DNA of 64,000 nucleotides from an uncultured Chloroflexia bacterium (GTDB taxonomy: Bacteria; Chloroflexota; Limnocylindria; Limnocylindrales; CSP1-4), in NCBI GenBank assembly GCA_963763775.1, contig CAVXPZ010000003.1, positions 352,001 to 416,000 of the forward strand, in the 5' to 3' direction. The notes under the pieces are model-generated. The model was not told the DNA's origin. It searched no databases and saw only the letters and a program-made list of their open reading frames with translations. Below are positions 38,490-52,794 of the stretch, one piece after another (within the stretch, counting starts at the first letter, position 1; each line of letters starts with the position of its first letter). A program made the position numbers and the translations under genes.

Positions 38490-39520
38490 CGCCGGCCACG
38501 ACCGCCCCTGCGGAGGCCGCGCCGACCACGGCGCCGTCTGCCGAGTCAGCCGACAGCGCCCGCGTGCGCAGCCCCATCACCGAGCGGGCGGTGGCCTTCG
38601 TCGCCGAGCGCCGGCCGACCGCCGAGGCCATCGGCGCCGGCCTGGCCGACCACATCGGCGATCCGGACGCGTTCGCCAAGGCCCTGACCGCCGGTCTCCA
38701 GCAGCTGGCCGATCCGGAGTATCTCGAGGGTGCCCAGCGGATCGCCCCCGGCCTCGGTCCGGTCTACGGCGTCCGCTGGCCGTTGATGGCCGCGATCGCG
38801 CGTGGCTTCCGCCACGCCACACGGCAGGACCGGCCGACGCCGCTGCTCTTCATCGCCGATCGCCTCTTCGATGAGTCCCACCTCGAACCCCGCTGGTTCG
38901 CCTTCGGCCTCCTCGAGCGCACGCTGGGCGGCGAGACCGAGCGGACCTGGCAACTGCTGCGCCGCGCCGCCCGCGAGTCCGGCGACTGGATCACGGTCGA
39001 TTCGCTCGCGCATCCGTACGGCAAGGGCGTGCTCGCGGAGGCGTATCGCTGGGCCGAGCTGGAGCAGCTCGTGTACTCCCCGTCGCGCTGGGAGCGCCGC
39101 CTGGTCGGCTCGACCATCGCGACCATCCCGTTCGCGGACCGCCGCCTCGGCCGCGACCCCGAGGTGGTTCGCCGGGCCATCCCGATCCTTGCCCAGCTCA
39201 TCGGCGACGCCGAGCCCGACGTCCAGAAGGCCCTTTCCTGGGCGTACCGCTCGATGGCGGCCGTGGACCTCGCCATGACGACCGACGCGCTGCGCGCCGA
39301 GACGGACCGCGCGGCCGAGACGCACGACGGCCATCGCGCCTGGGTCATCCGCGACACCCTGGCCAAGCTCGACCCGGCCGATGCCGCCGAGCTCCGGACA
39401 CGCCTCGACGGCATCCGCAAGCGCCCCGGCGCGCCGACGACCTCGACCGCCGCCGAGACGGCCGCCCGTTTCGGCGAGCTGCCCGACCCGGCGATGTTCC
39501 CCGACCCACCGCTCACCTGA
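38486..39520 (+). CDS. DNA alkylation repair (AlkD-like HEAT-repeat) protein
   Basis: VYGVRWP, DWITVDSL, SRWERR, DVQKALSWAYR; ATGA overlap. Confidence 0.75.
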
Positions 39521-39551
39521 CGAACCTGACCACCTGGAGGAGTAGCGCGAC

Positions 39552-42116
39552 GTGACCGACGACCTCGGCGACATCCGGGCCATCCGCATCGAGGACGAGA
39601 TGCGGACCAGCTACCTCGACTACGCGATGAGCGTGATCGTGGCGCGCGCGCTCCCCGATGTCCGCGACGGCCTCAAGCCGGTCCACCGCCGGATCCTCTA
39701 CACGATGGGCGAGATGGGGCTCTCGTCCAACAGCTCCTACCGCAAGTGCGCCGCGATCGTCGGCGAGGTGATGGGCAAGTACCACCCGCACGGCGACGTC
39801 GCCCTGTACGACGCCCTCGTCCGGCTGGCCCAGGACTTCTCGCTGCGCTACCCGCTGGTCGACGGGCAGGGCAACTTCGGATCGGTCGACGGCGACAGTG
39901 CGGCCGCGATGCGCTACACGGAAGCCCGCCTGACGGCGATCGCCGCCGAGATGCTCGACGACATCGATAAGGACACCGTCGACTACGAGGACAACTACGA
40001 CGGGACCCAGCGTCAGCCCACCGTCCTGCCGGCAAAGCTCCCGAACCTCCTCATCAACGGCTCGTCCGGCATCGCCGTCGGCATGGCCACGAACATCCCG
40101 CCGCACCACCTCGGCGAGATCGTGGACGCGGCCGTCGCCATCATCGACGACCCCGACCTCACGTCGGACGACCTCTGCAAGTTCGTCCTCGGGCCGGACT
40201 TCCCGACCGGCGGCACGATCTTCCGCTACGAGAAGCAGCGCAACGCCCTCACCGGGGAGTGGGAGACCGTCGACGCCATCCGGCAGATGTACGCCCACGG
40301 CCGCGGCCGCGTCGTGATGCGCGCGCAGGTCGCGTTCGAGGAGGTCCGCGGCGATCGCACGGCGATCATCGTCACCGAGCTGCCGTACCAGGTGAACAAG
40401 GCGACGCTCCTCGAGAAGATCGCGGAGCTCGTCAAGGACAAGCGGATCGAGGGCATCGCCGACCTGCGCGACGAGTCCGACCGCGACGGGATGCGGATCT
40501 ACGTCGAGATCAAGCGCGACGCGAATCCGCACAAGGTCATGAACAACCTCTTCAAGCACACGCCGATGCAGCTCGCGTTCAACATGAACATGCTCGCGCT
40601 CGTCGACGGCCAGCCCCAGACGCTCCCGCTCCGGAGCGTGCTGGTCCACTACATCGACCACCGTCAGGACATCGTCCGCCGCCGGACCGAGTTCGACCTC
40701 GGCAAGGCGCGCTCGCGGGCGCACATCCTCGAAGGCCTCAAGATCGCGCTCGACCACCTCGACGCGGTCATCAAGACCATCCGCGAGTCCGCCGACGTCG
40801 AGCTGGCGCGCTCGAACCTCATGTCGCGGTTCGACCTCTCCGAGCTCCAGGCGCAGGCCATCCTCGACCTGCGGCTGGCCCGCCTCGCGGCCCTCGAGCG
40901 CCAGAAGATCGAGGACGAGTACCTCTCGGTCATCCAGCTGATCGCCGAGCTCGAGGACATCCTCGCGAACCCGGCGCGCGTGCTCCAGATCATCAAGGAC
41001 GAGCTGGCCGAGCTGAAGAAGAAGTACGCCGGCGAGCGGCGGACGCGCGTCGCGGACGACGCCAGTCGCGAGATGACCGACGAGGACCTCATCGCCGACG
41101 AGGACGTCGTCGTGACGATCTCGGGCCGCGGCTACATCAAGCGGCAGCCGGTCGACACCTATCGCCGCCAGCACCGTGGCGGGAAGGGGATCATCGGCCA
41201 CGTCACCCGCGAGGAGGACGCGGTCGAGAGCCTGCTCGTCGCGAACACGCACGATTGGGCGCTCTTCTTCACGAATCGCGGCCGCGTGTTCTCGGCCAAG
41301 GTCCACGCCATCCCCGACGCCAGCCGCCAGGCGAAGGGCATCCCGATCATCAACCTGCCGGGCGTCCAGGTGGAATCGGGCGAGGTCCCGATGGCCACGA
41401 TCATGCTGCCCGACTTCCAGGCTGGCTCCTATCTCGTGCTGGCCACGCGCAACGGCATCGTCAAGAAGACCCCGCTGGAGCAGTTCGAGCGGGTCCGCTC
41501 CTCGGGGATCCGGGCGATCACGATCGCCGACGACGACGAGCTCGCCTGGGTCGACGTCTCGACCGGCGCGGACGACGTCATCATCGCCACATCCAAGGGC
41601 AAGCTGGCCCGCTTCGCCGAGACCGAAGTCCGGGCGATGGGCCGCGACGCCGCGGGCGTGATCGGCATCCGGCTCGCCCGCCAGGGGGACGCCGTCGTGG
41701 GCATGAGCATCGTCCAGCCGAATGCGGACATCCTGGTGCTCACCGAGACCGGCTACGGCAAGCGCGTGCCGCTGACCGAGTTCCGCCGCAAGCATCGGGG
41801 CGGCCAGGGGGTCGGCCTGATCTCGCTCGAGGGCCGCAAGACCGGCGACGTCGCCGCGGTCCAGCAGGTCACCGACGAGGACGAGGAGCTGCTCCTCATC
41901 TCGGCGGGCGGCCAGGTCATCCGGACCGAGACGAACACGATCAACCGCTACTCCTCGTCCGCGCGCGGCGTCATCGTCATGCGCCTGGCCGAAGGCGACC
42001 GTGTCGTGGCGATCGCGGCGTTCCGCGCCGGACTTGCGGAGCGGGACGGCATGGGCGACGATGGCGACCCCACGCCGGGCGGACCCGGGTCGGCCGCGCC
42101 GACCGGCGGCGGGTGA
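39552..42116 (+). CDS. gyrA: DNA gyrase subunit A
   Basis: [28 protein letters not shown], GyrA box QHRGGKG, beta-pinwheel repeats. Confidence 0.98.
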   Translation: MTDDLGDIRAIRIEDEMRTSYLDYAMSVIVARALPDVRDGLKPVHRRILYTMGEMGLSSNSSYRKCAAIVGEVMGKYHPHGDVALYDALVRLAQDFSLRYPLVDGQGNFGSVDGDSAAAMRYTEARLTAIAAEMLDDIDKDTVDYEDNYDGTQRQPTVLPAKLPNLLINGSSGIAVGMATNIPPHHLGEIVDAAVAIIDDPDLTSDDLCKFVLGPDFPTGGTIFRYEKQRNALTGEWETVDAIRQMYAHGRGRVVMRAQVAFEEVRGDRTAIIVTELPYQVNKATLLEKIAELVKDKRIEGIADLRDESDRDGMRIYVEIKRDANPHKVMNNLFKHTPMQLAFNMNMLALVDGQPQTLPLRSVLVHYIDHRQDIVRRRTEFDLGKARSRAHILEGLKIALDHLDAVIKTIRESADVELARSNLMSRFDLSELQAQAILDLRLARLAALERQKIEDEYLSVIQLIAELEDILANPARVLQIIKDELAELKKKYAGERRTRVADDASREMTDEDLIADEDVVVTISGRGYIKRQPVDTYRRQHRGGKGIIGHVTREEDAVESLLVANTHDWALFFTNRGRVFSAKVHAIPDASRQAKGIPIINLPGVQVESGEVPMATIMLPDFQAGSYLVLATRNGIVKKTPLEQFERVRSSGIRAITIADDDELAWVDVSTGADDVIIATSKGKLARFAETEVRAMGRDAAGVIGIRLARQGDAVVGMSIVQPNADILVLTETGYGKRVPLTEFRRKHRGGQGVGLISLEGRKTGDVAAVQQVTDEDEELLLISAGGQVIRTETNTINRYSSSARGVIVMRLAEGDRVVAIAAFRAGLAERDGMGDDGDPTPGGPGSAAPTGGG

Positions 42117-42153
42117 TCCGGCGTGACGGGCACGTGACCAGCACCTGACGGCC

Positions 42154-43257
42154 TTGGACGACCAGGAAGGGACGCCCTTGTACGCGGACCAGTTCGAGAT
42201 CTATCACGGCAACTCGAACCCGGGCCTCGCCCGAAAGATCTGCCGGTATCTCGGCACGGAACCGGGCAAGGCCGAGGTCTTCCAGTTCGCGAACGAGAAC
42301 ATCTTCGTCAAGATCCTCGAGAACGTCCGCGAGAAGGACGTCTTCCTGATCCAGCCGACGAGCCACCCGGTCAACCAGTCGATCATGGAACTCCTGATCC
42401 TGATCGACGCGTTCAAGCGGGCCAGCGCCGGACGCATCACCGCGGTGATCCCGTTCTACGCCTACGGTCGGTCCGACAAGAAGGACCAGCCCCGCGTGCC
42501 CATCACGGCCCGCCTCATCGCCGACATGATCACGGTGGCGGGCGCCGACCGGGTCCTGACGATGGACCTCCACCAGGGCCAGATCCAGGGCTTCTTCAAC
42601 ATCCCGGTCGACGAGCTGACCGCGGTCCACATGCTCTCGAACTACTTCCGCCACAAGCGGATCGACGAGCCGGTCGTCGTCACGGACCTGGGCTTCGCCA
42701 AGCGGGCCCGCACCTTCGCCGAGCTGCTGGACGCCCCACTGGCGATCATCGAGAAGCGGCGTGTCGGAAACCTCGACCGCGCGGAGCTCATGAACGTCAT
42801 CGGCGACGTGAAAGGCAAGCGCGCGATCATCGTCGACGACGAGATCGACACGGCCGGCACCCTCGTGGAGATCGTCCGGGCCCTGGAGCGGGAGGGCGTC
42901 ACCGAGATCTACGCCTGTGCCACCCATGGGGTCCTCTCGGACCCGGCCGTCGACCGTATCGCCGCGTCGTCGCTCATCGAGGTGGTCCTCACGGACTCGA
43001 TCCCGCTCCCGGAGCGCAAGCGGATCCCGAAGATCACGACCCTCTCGGTCGCGCCGCTGATCGGCGAGGCCATCAAGCGCATCCACCGCGGGGAGTCCGT
43101 CGGCGCCCTCTTCTCGAGCGAGGTGTCGCTGACGCAGGAGATGCTCCTGTGGGAGGATGGCACGGAGGGCACGCTCGATACCCGTGACGAGGGCGAGGAT
43201 GACGGAGAACCCTCGACGGACCCCTTTCTGAGCGTCGTACCCTCGGGAGACCGATGA
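42154..43257 (+). CDS. prs: Ribose-phosphate pyrophosphokinase
   Basis: PFYAYGRSDKK, DLH..QIQGFF, IVDDEIDTAGT; acidic C-terminal tail. Confidence 0.95.
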   Translation: MDDQEGTPLYADQFEIYHGNSNPGLARKICRYLGTEPGKAEVFQFANENIFVKILENVREKDVFLIQPTSHPVNQSIMELLILIDAFKRASAGRITAVIPFYAYGRSDKKDQPRVPITARLIADMITVAGADRVLTMDLHQGQIQGFFNIPVDELTAVHMLSNYFRHKRIDEPVVVTDLGFAKRARTFAELLDAPLAIIEKRRVGNLDRAELMNVIGDVKGKRAIIVDDEIDTAGTLVEIVRALEREGVTEIYACATHGVLSDPAVDRIAASSLIEVVLTDSIPLPERKRIPKITTLSVAPLIGEAIKRIHRGESVGALFSSEVSLTQEMLLWEDGTEGTLDTRDEGEDDGEPSTDPFLSVVPSGDR

Positions 43258-43505
43258 CCCTCCAGCTCCACCAGCCCGACGACGAAGGCGGTCTCGCCCC
43301 GCGTGTCGTGACCGACAAGAACTGGCGCAACCAGCTGCGCTCCGCGCGCTGGGGCCGGGACCTCGACGGTGGGCACCTGCCGGCCCTGAAGAACCCCGAG
43401 ATGAACCCGACGTCACGCCTGCGGTCCGTGATGTTCTGGGCCGCGCTCGGCGTCCTGACGTTCGGACTCCTCGTCGTGGGGTACGGCACCGGCTTCTGGT
43501 CCTGA
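43254..43505 (+). CDS. Hypothetical small membrane protein
   Basis: ATGA overlap with prs, GC3-biased codons, C-terminal TM FWAALGVLTFGLLVVGYG. Confidence 0.75.
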   Translation: MTLQLHQPDDEGGLAPRVVTDKNWRNQLRSARWGRDLDGGHLPALKNPEMNPTSRLRSVMFWAALGVLTFGLLVVGYGTGFWS

Positions 43506-43554
43506 GCCGTTTCCGGGGGCCGAACGGCGACCCGCCCCTATACTTGACCGTCCC

Positions 43555-46508
<2,954 letters not shown>

Positions 46509-46524
<16 letters not shown>

Positions 46525-47117
46525 GCCGGGACCTCGTTCGACTCGCGGCCATCGGCGTCGCGGGCGCGTTCCTCATCACGGCCTACACGACCTGGCGGAT
46601 CATCGCCCAGGGTGACCGCGACGACGCGCGCCCGGCGGATGCCATCGTGGTCATGGGCGCCGCGCAATACGACGGGCGGCCGTCCCCGGTCTTCGCGGCA
46701 CGCCTGGACCACGCCATCGACCTCTATCACCAGGGGATCGCCCCGCACCTGGTCGTGACGGGCGGCAAGCAGGCCGGGGACCGGACCACCGAGGCCGCGA
46801 GCGCCATGGCCTATGCGATCGCGCGAGGGGTCCCGGCGACGGCGATCCTCGTCGAGGACCAGGCACGGACGACCCTCCAGTCCGTCCGTGCCGTCGGGTC
46901 CGTCATGCGCGACGCCGGCCTCCACTCGGCGGTCTTCGTATCCGACCGCCAGCACATGCTCCGAGTCCTGCGGATGGCGCAGGACGCCGGCATCGTCGGG
47001 TGGGGATCGCCCACGGCGACGAGCCCGCTCGAAGGCGACGCGATGGCCCGCGTCGACGCCACGGTCCACGAACTCGGCGCCCTCGCGATCTACTTCGTGA
47101 CCGGCGAGTCGCCCTGA
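46509..47117 (+). CDS. YdcF/SanA (DUF218) family protein
   Basis: N-terminal TM, DAIVVMGAA, RLDHA, VTGG, EDQARTT, VSD..HMLR; start uncertain. Confidence 0.85.
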
Positions 47118-47151
47118 CCGTTGCGGTGCGCGAACCGGACGGATTTCCCTC

Positions 47152-47179
47152 TTGGCGATAGGGGTTTGGCCCCGTATAC
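47152..47179 (+). promoter_or_regulatory. Promoter upstream of the Cys-rich gene and prfB
   Basis: TTGGCG-16 nt-TATACT. Confidence 0.6.
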
Positions 47180-47275
47180 TCATCCAAGCCTGCCATCCCG
47201 GACCGCCCGAGTCCCTCAGCAGGTGTGCCCCAGCCCTGGTCGAGCCGTGCCCCCCGAGCTAGAGAGAGGGAGTCT

Positions 47276-47500
47276 GTGAAGCAGGTCGAGGAAGCATCGT
47301 TCGTCGATCTCATCGCCTGCGAGCGCGACTGCCGGAACTGCAGCTATGCCGCGGCGCTCGACTGCGATGGCAACTGCGGCGTCTGCCCACATAACGGCTA
47401 TTGCCCCTGCGTGAACCCCGTCGTCGCCCGGAGCAAGACCGCGCTGCGGCTCATCGAGCTGCGCCCGTTGCTGCTCCAGGATCTGCAGACCAGGAACTAG
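47276..47500 (+). CDS. Small Cys-rich protein (74 aa; two CX3CX2C motifs plus CXC)
   Basis: GAGGGAG SD, GTG start, MKQVEEASFVDLIACERDCRNCSYAAALDCDGNCGVCPHNGYCPCV...; stop abuts the prfB start. Confidence 0.75.
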   Translation: MKQVEEASFVDLIACERDCRNCSYAAALDCDGNCGVCPHNGYCPCVNPVVARSKTALRLIELRPLLLQDLQTRN

Positions 47501-48602
47501 GTGGACTCCGCCGCCATCCGGGACCTGGCCGAACGGATCCGGTCGACCTCGGGGCGTCTTTGACCTCGAGGCCAAAGGGGCTCGCGCCGACGAACTCGAC
47601 GCCCTGACCATGGAGCCCGGCTTCTGGGACGACAGCCGGGCTGCCCAGAAGGTCACCCGCGAGGCCAGCGGCCTGCGCGAGGAGATCCAGACATGGGGCG
47701 ACCTCGAGCGCCGTGCGGATGACCTGCTCGCCGCCGTCGAGCTGCTCGCCGAAGCCCCCGACGCGGATCTCGAGACCGAGCTGGACCGCGACGCGGCGTC
47801 GCTCGAGACCGACTTCCGCCGCGAGCGAACGGCCCTGCTGTTCTCCGGCGAGTACGACGATCGCAACGCGCTGCTGTCGATCAGCGCGGGCGCCGGCGGA
47901 ACCGAGGCGACCGACTGGGCGGAGATGCTCCTGCGCATGTACCTGCGCTGGGCCGAGCGGCACCGGTTCCCGACCGAGATCCTCGACCAGCAGGAAGGGG
48001 AGCAGGCCGGCCTCAAGAGCGTCACCGTCGCCGTCGACGGCCGGCGTGCCTACGGCTGGCTGCGACCGGAGCGCGGGGTCCATCGGCTGGTCCGGATCAG
48101 CCCGTTCGACTCCCAGAACCGGCGCCAGACGACCTTCGCCCTCGTCGAGGTCCTCCCGGAGGTCGACGACGACGTCGAGATCGAGCTCGACTGGGACGAG
48201 ATCCGGGTCGACACGTATCGGTCGCAGGGCGCGGGCGGCCAACACGTCAACAAGACCGACAGCGCCGTCCGCCTGACCCACCTGCCCACGGGGATCGTCG
48301 CGCAGAGCCAGAACGAGCGCAGCCAGACGCAGAACAAGGAGACGGCGATCAAGGTCCTCAAGGCGCGGCTCCTGGAGCGCGCGCTCGAGGAGAAGGAGGC
48401 GGAGCTCCAGATCCTGAAAGGCGTGCACGTCGAGGCCGGCTGGGGCAACCAGATCCGGAGCTACGTGCTGCACCCGTATCAGATGGTCAAGGACCTGCGG
48501 ACGAACCACGAGACGAGCAACACCGGCGCGGTGCTCGACGGCGACCTCGACGCCTTCATGCAGGCGGAACTCGAGCGCGGCATCGGCGTCGACGAGGCGT
48601 GA
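47501..48602 (+). CDS. prfB: Peptide chain release factor 2 with programmed +1 frameshift at CTT-TGA-C (47558-47564)
   Basis: MDSAAIRDLAERIRSTSGRL, then CTTTGAC preceded by GGGG; +1 frame continues DLEAK..; SPF motif (RISPFD) and GGQ. Confidence 0.97.
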
Positions 48603-49561
48603 CCGTCGCCGAGGCGCTCCAGTACCGCCCGGTCCGCGCGGAGGAGCTCTCGCGCTGCGCCGAGATCTGGCGCGACTCGATCAACGACTACATCGTCCGG
48701 CTCGGGCAATACGAGATCGGCAACGAGACCGGGCCACTGCTCCGGCTCTACGCCCATCTGTCCGCGACCGATGGTGAGCGCTTCGTCGTCGGGACGCGAC
48801 TGGACGCGGAGACCGGGACCGAGCGGGTCGTGGCGTTCGTCGCCGCCCTGGTCCGCGAACGGCTGTGGTTCCTGTCGATGCTGTTCGTGGACCCCGCCGT
48901 CCAGGCACAAGGCATCGGGCGGGCCTTGCTGGCACGAGTGATGCCGCCGGCCGGGAGCGGCATGTCGATGGCCACGGCGACCGACAGCGCGCAGCCGATC
49001 TCGAACGCGCTGTACGCCAGCTACGGGATCGTGCCGCGCATCCCGCTGCTGAACCTCATCGGACTACCGGAGCGGCTGGACGCCTTCGAGCCGCTGCCGT
49101 CGGGCGTGACGGCGGTCCCGTTCGAGGCGATCGCGGCGGGGCCACCGGACGGGCCCGGGCACCGCCAGTTGACCGAAGCCGTGGACGCGCTCGATCGCGA
49201 GGTGCTCGGGGTCGCGCACCCGGGGGATCATCGGTATCTGCGAACGGAGTCCCGGCGCGGTTGGCTGTATCGCGGTCCGGACGGTGCGGCACTCGGGTAC
49301 GGCTACGCGACGGAGGCCGGGCGCGTGGGTCCGATCGCGGTCCGCGACGAGGCCCTCCTGAGTCCGGTCCTCGGCCACCTGATGTCCGCCGTGCAGCCGC
49401 GCGGCGCGTTCGCCTTGTGGCTTCCGGGGACCGCCGACCGCGCCGTCGTGCCGGTGCTGCGGGCCGGGTTCCGCCTCGACCAGTTCCCCGTCCTGCTCTG
49501 CTGGGACCAGCCGTTCGCCGACTTCAGCCGCTACCTGCCGATCTCACCAGGCCTGCTGTAG
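48599..49561 (+). CDS. GNAT family acetyltransferase (two-domain)
   Basis: LFVDPAVQAQGIGRALL acetyl-CoA motif, ALYASYG, RVGPI in the second domain. Confidence 0.85.
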   Translation: MTVAEALQYRPVRAEELSRCAEIWRDSINDYIVRLGQYEIGNETGPLLRLYAHLSATDGERFVVGTRLDAETGTERVVAFVAALVRERLWFLSMLFVDPAVQAQGIGRALLARVMPPAGSGMSMATATDSAQPISNALYASYGIVPRIPLLNLIGLPERLDAFEPLPSGVTAVPFEAIAAGPPDGPGHRQLTEAVDALDREVLGVAHPGDHRYLRTESRRGWLYRGPDGAALGYGYATEAGRVGPIAVRDEALLSPVLGHLMSAVQPRGAFALWLPGTADRAVVPVLRAGFRLDQFPVLLCWDQPFADFSRYLPISPGLL

Positions 49562-49625
49562 CGGAACGCACCGGACCCCACCGCACCGGACCATCGTCCC
49601 GGGTGCGCGATGACCCTCGTCACGT

Positions 49626-49654
49626 TTGCCGGACCCCGGCGTCGATGGTAGCCT
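49626..49654 (+). promoter_or_regulatory. Promoter of the ftsEX-protease operon
   Basis: TTGCCG-17 nt-TAGCCT with TG upstream of the -10. Confidence 0.6.
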
Positions 49655-49751
49655 CGGACCGAGTGGCTCCCCTTGCCGTGCCCGCGGACGGAGTCCAGCC
49701 GCCTCCCACCGGCGACGTCGGTCGTCGGCAGCCTCGACCGCGGAGCCGAAC

Positions 49752-50528
49752 GTGACCATCGCCCCCGCACCGCCAGCGGTGCGCTCCATCCGCCACCGGG
49801 TCCTTCGCCGACCCACGGAGCAGGCCTCCGAGGAGCGCGATGTCCTGGTGCTGCACGACGTCACGAAGCAGTATCCCAACGGCAAGGTCGCGCTTCGCGA
49901 TGTGGACCTGGTCATCCCCGAAGGCGACTTCGTCTTCCTCGTCGGGCCGTCCGGAGCCGGGAAGTCCACGCTCATCAAGCTGCTGATCCGCGATGAGCTC
50001 GCCACTCGCGGCGAGGTGGTCCTCGACGGACAGGACCTCGCGAGGCTGCCTCGCCGCCAGGTCCCCAAGATGCGCCGCAAGATCGGGATCATCTTCCAGG
50101 ACTTCAAGTTGCTGCCGAGCAAGACGGTCTGGGAGAACGTCGCCTTCGCGCTCGAAGTGACCGGGACGCCCCGTCGCAAGGTCCGCCCCGCCGTGGACCG
50201 GGTGCTCGCCCTGGTCGGCCTGACAGCCCAGTCGAAGCAGGTCCCGGCGCAGCTCTCCGGGGGCGAGCAGCAGCGGACCGCGATCGCGCGCGCCCTCGTC
50301 CACGACCCGCGGCTGATCATCGCGGACGAGCCCACCGGCAACCTCGACCCGCTGATCAGCTGGGAGATCCTCCAGCTGCTGCTGCGGATCAACGAGCTCG
50401 GCGTGACCGTTCTGATGGCCACGCACAACGCCGAGGTCGTGACGTCGCTGCGACGCCGCGTCGTGGCGCTCGAAGAGGGCCGGATCATCCGCGACGAGGT
50501 CGGTGGCGCCTACCACCGCGAGGACTGA
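49752..50528 (+). CDS. ftsE: Cell division ATP-binding protein FtsE (start uncertain)
   Basis: GPSGAGKST, IFQDFKLL, LSGGEQQR, ADEPTGNLDP; precedes ftsX. Confidence 0.94.
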   Translation: MTIAPAPPAVRSIRHRVLRRPTEQASEERDVLVLHDVTKQYPNGKVALRDVDLVIPEGDFVFLVGPSGAGKSTLIKLLIRDELATRGEVVLDGQDLARLPRRQVPKMRRKIGIIFQDFKLLPSKTVWENVAFALEVTGTPRRKVRPAVDRVLALVGLTAQSKQVPAQLSGGEQQRTAIARALVHDPRLIIADEPTGNLDPLISWEILQLLLRINELGVTVLMATHNAEVVTSLRRRVVALEEGRIIRDEVGGAYHRED

Positions 50529-50531
50529 CCG

Positions 50532-51416
50532 ATGATCGGCTTCGTCCTCTTCAGCATGCGGCGCGCCTGGCAGGGCTTCTGGCGCAACGCGGTCATGAGC
50601 CTGGCGGCGACCGCGACCATGGTGCTGATGCTGCTGCTGCTCGCAGGGTTCTGGATCATCCAGACCGGCCTGCTCGCCGGCCTCCAGTTCACCGAGCAGA
50701 AGGTCGAAGTCGTCGCCGACCTCCAGGACAACATCCTCGACAGCCAGGTGACCGACCTCTCGGACCGGGTCAAGGCCCTGCCCGAGGTCGCCACCGTGAC
50801 CTACGTCAGCCGCGATGACGCCCTTGCGCGTTTCCGCGAACGACTCAAGGAGCAGGGGCAGGAGGACCTGACGCGGTACCTCGATACGAACCCGCTCCAC
50901 GCCAGCCTCGAGGTCAAGCTGGTCGATCCCCACGTGTTCGGCTCGGTGGTCGAGATGCTCCGCCAGGAGTCGATCGTCGCCTCGGTGAAGGAGCAGCAGA
51001 AACTCGTCGACCAGGTGCTGACCGTCACGAACATCCTGCGGACCGCCGGGACGGTGGTGCTGCTCATCGTCGGCGTCATCGCCCTGTTCATCATCGTGAA
51101 CACGATCCGGCTCGCCGTCGTCGCACGCGCCGAGGAGATCGAGATCATGCGGCTCGTCGGCGCGTCCGATGCCTTCATCCGTTGGCCGTTCGTGTTCGAG
51201 GGCGCGTTCGTCGGCCTGCTCGGGGCGGTGATCGCGCTCGGCATCCTCGTCGCGGTGGCCGATCCGGTCAGCGCGTTCATGGTCGACTTCTTCCGCGTGC
51301 TGCCGCTCCAGTTCGGCTCGCTCTCGCGCGACCTGATCGTCCTGATCCTCGGGTCCGGGCTCGGCCTGGGAATCCTCGGGTCGTGGGTCTCGGTCCGCAC
51401 CTACCTGATCCGCTAG
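50532..51416 (+). CDS. ftsX: Cell division permease FtsX
   Basis: WRNAVMS, NPL, NTIRL..R.EEIEIMRLVGA..FIRWPF. Confidence 0.95.
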   Translation: MIGFVLFSMRRAWQGFWRNAVMSLAATATMVLMLLLLAGFWIIQTGLLAGLQFTEQKVEVVADLQDNILDSQVTDLSDRVKALPEVATVTYVSRDDALARFRERLKEQGQEDLTRYLDTNPLHASLEVKLVDPHVFGSVVEMLRQESIVASVKEQQKLVDQVLTVTNILRTAGTVVLLIVGVIALFIIVNTIRLAVVARAEEIEIMRLVGASDAFIRWPFVFEGAFVGLLGAVIALGILVAVADPVSAFMVDFFRVLPLQFGSLSRDLIVLILGSGLGLGILGSWVSVRTYLIR

Positions 51417-51422
51417 CGCCAG

Positions 51423-52794
51423 ATGCCTCCCGACGACGAAGCCGCCGAACCCAGCGAGGCGGCGAGCCCGACCGGCGGACGCGACCGAGCCGGTGGCCGA
51501 GGCCTGAGCCGACGGCCAGGCAGCCGCGAGCGCCAAGCCTCGACGTCGTGGCGTCGTCCTCCCGGTCGCCATCGTCCTGGTCGCGCTCCTCGCGGGCGGT
51601 GCCCTGTTCCTTTCCGGCTACACGCTCGGGCTGCGGACCAGCACCGAACCCGGCACCGCGGTCACGGACGAGACCGCCTTCACGCCCTTCTGGGACACGT
51701 ACCACGCGATCGTCGACCGATATGCCGGCGGGCCGGTCGACCGCGAGGTCCTGGTCCAGGGGGCGATCCGCGGCATGATCGATGCCCTCGGCGACCCGTA
51801 CTCGTCGTACCTCACATCCGACGAGTACCGGGCGAGCCTCCAGGGGATCAGTGGCCAGTTCGAGGGCATCGGCGCCGAGATCGCGACGCAGGCCGCGGAC
51901 GGAACGCAAGGCTGCGCCACGCTGAGCCCGACGTGCCGCCTCCTGGTCGTCGCCCCGGTCGCCGGCTCGCCCGCCGACAAGGCGGGACTCAAGGCCGGCG
52001 ACCTGATCCTCGCGACGGACGGCGCCCCGCTCGACGGCCTGAACGTCGACAGCGCCCGCGACAAGATCCGCGGGCCCAAGGGCAGCGTCGTGACGCTGAC
52101 CGTCCAGCGCGGCACGGCGTCCCCGTTCGATCTCACGATCACTCGAGACATCGTCCAGGAGCAGGAGGTCGTCAGCCGCGATCTCGCTGACGGGACCGTC
52201 GGATACGTCCGGGTGAATGGGTTCTCCGACACCGCGGCCACCGCGGCCCATGACGCCATCGCCGCGCACGTCGCGGCCGGCCGGAAGTCGATCGTCCTCG
52301 ACCTGCGGGGCGATCCCGGCGGCTACGTGACCGCTGCTCGCTCGATCGCCAGCGAGTTCATCGCCACGGGGCCGATCTTCTTCGAGGAGGACGCCAAGGG
52401 CGTCCAGATCGCCACCGACGCGATCCCCGGCGGCGTCGCCACCGACCCCGCCATCCGCGTGGTCGTGCTCGTCGACGGCGGCAGCGCGTCGGCAAGCGAG
52501 ATCGTCGCGGGGGCGCTCCAGGACACGGGCCGGGCAACGCTCGTCGGCCAGAAGTCGTTCGGGAAGGGGACCGTCCAGCAGTGGCAGGAGCTGACCGGCG
52601 AGGGCGGGGCGTTCAAGCTGACCGTCGCGAAGTGGCTGACCCCGAAAGGGCGCTGGATCCACGGCGTGGGCCTGACCCCGGATGTCGTCGTCACGCTCCC
52701 GGACCCGGTCCCGGCCGGCACGGACCCGACGCTCGACAAGGCGCTCGAGGTCCTCGGCAAGACCGGCGCCGCCAAGCTCGATCCGGCGGCCTGA
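51423..52794 (+). CDS. S41 family C-terminal processing protease (CtpA-like) with PDZ; frameshift near 51550
   Basis: TM IVLVALLAGGALFLSG, LGDPYS, FEGIG, GSPADKAG, DLRGDPGG, SASASEI, FGKGTVQ. Confidence 0.9.

Noticed and set aside
47558-47564. prfB split as another sequencing error or as a novelty
   Set aside because: It is the well-known programmed +1 frameshift (CTT TGA C with an upstream SD-like GGGG)
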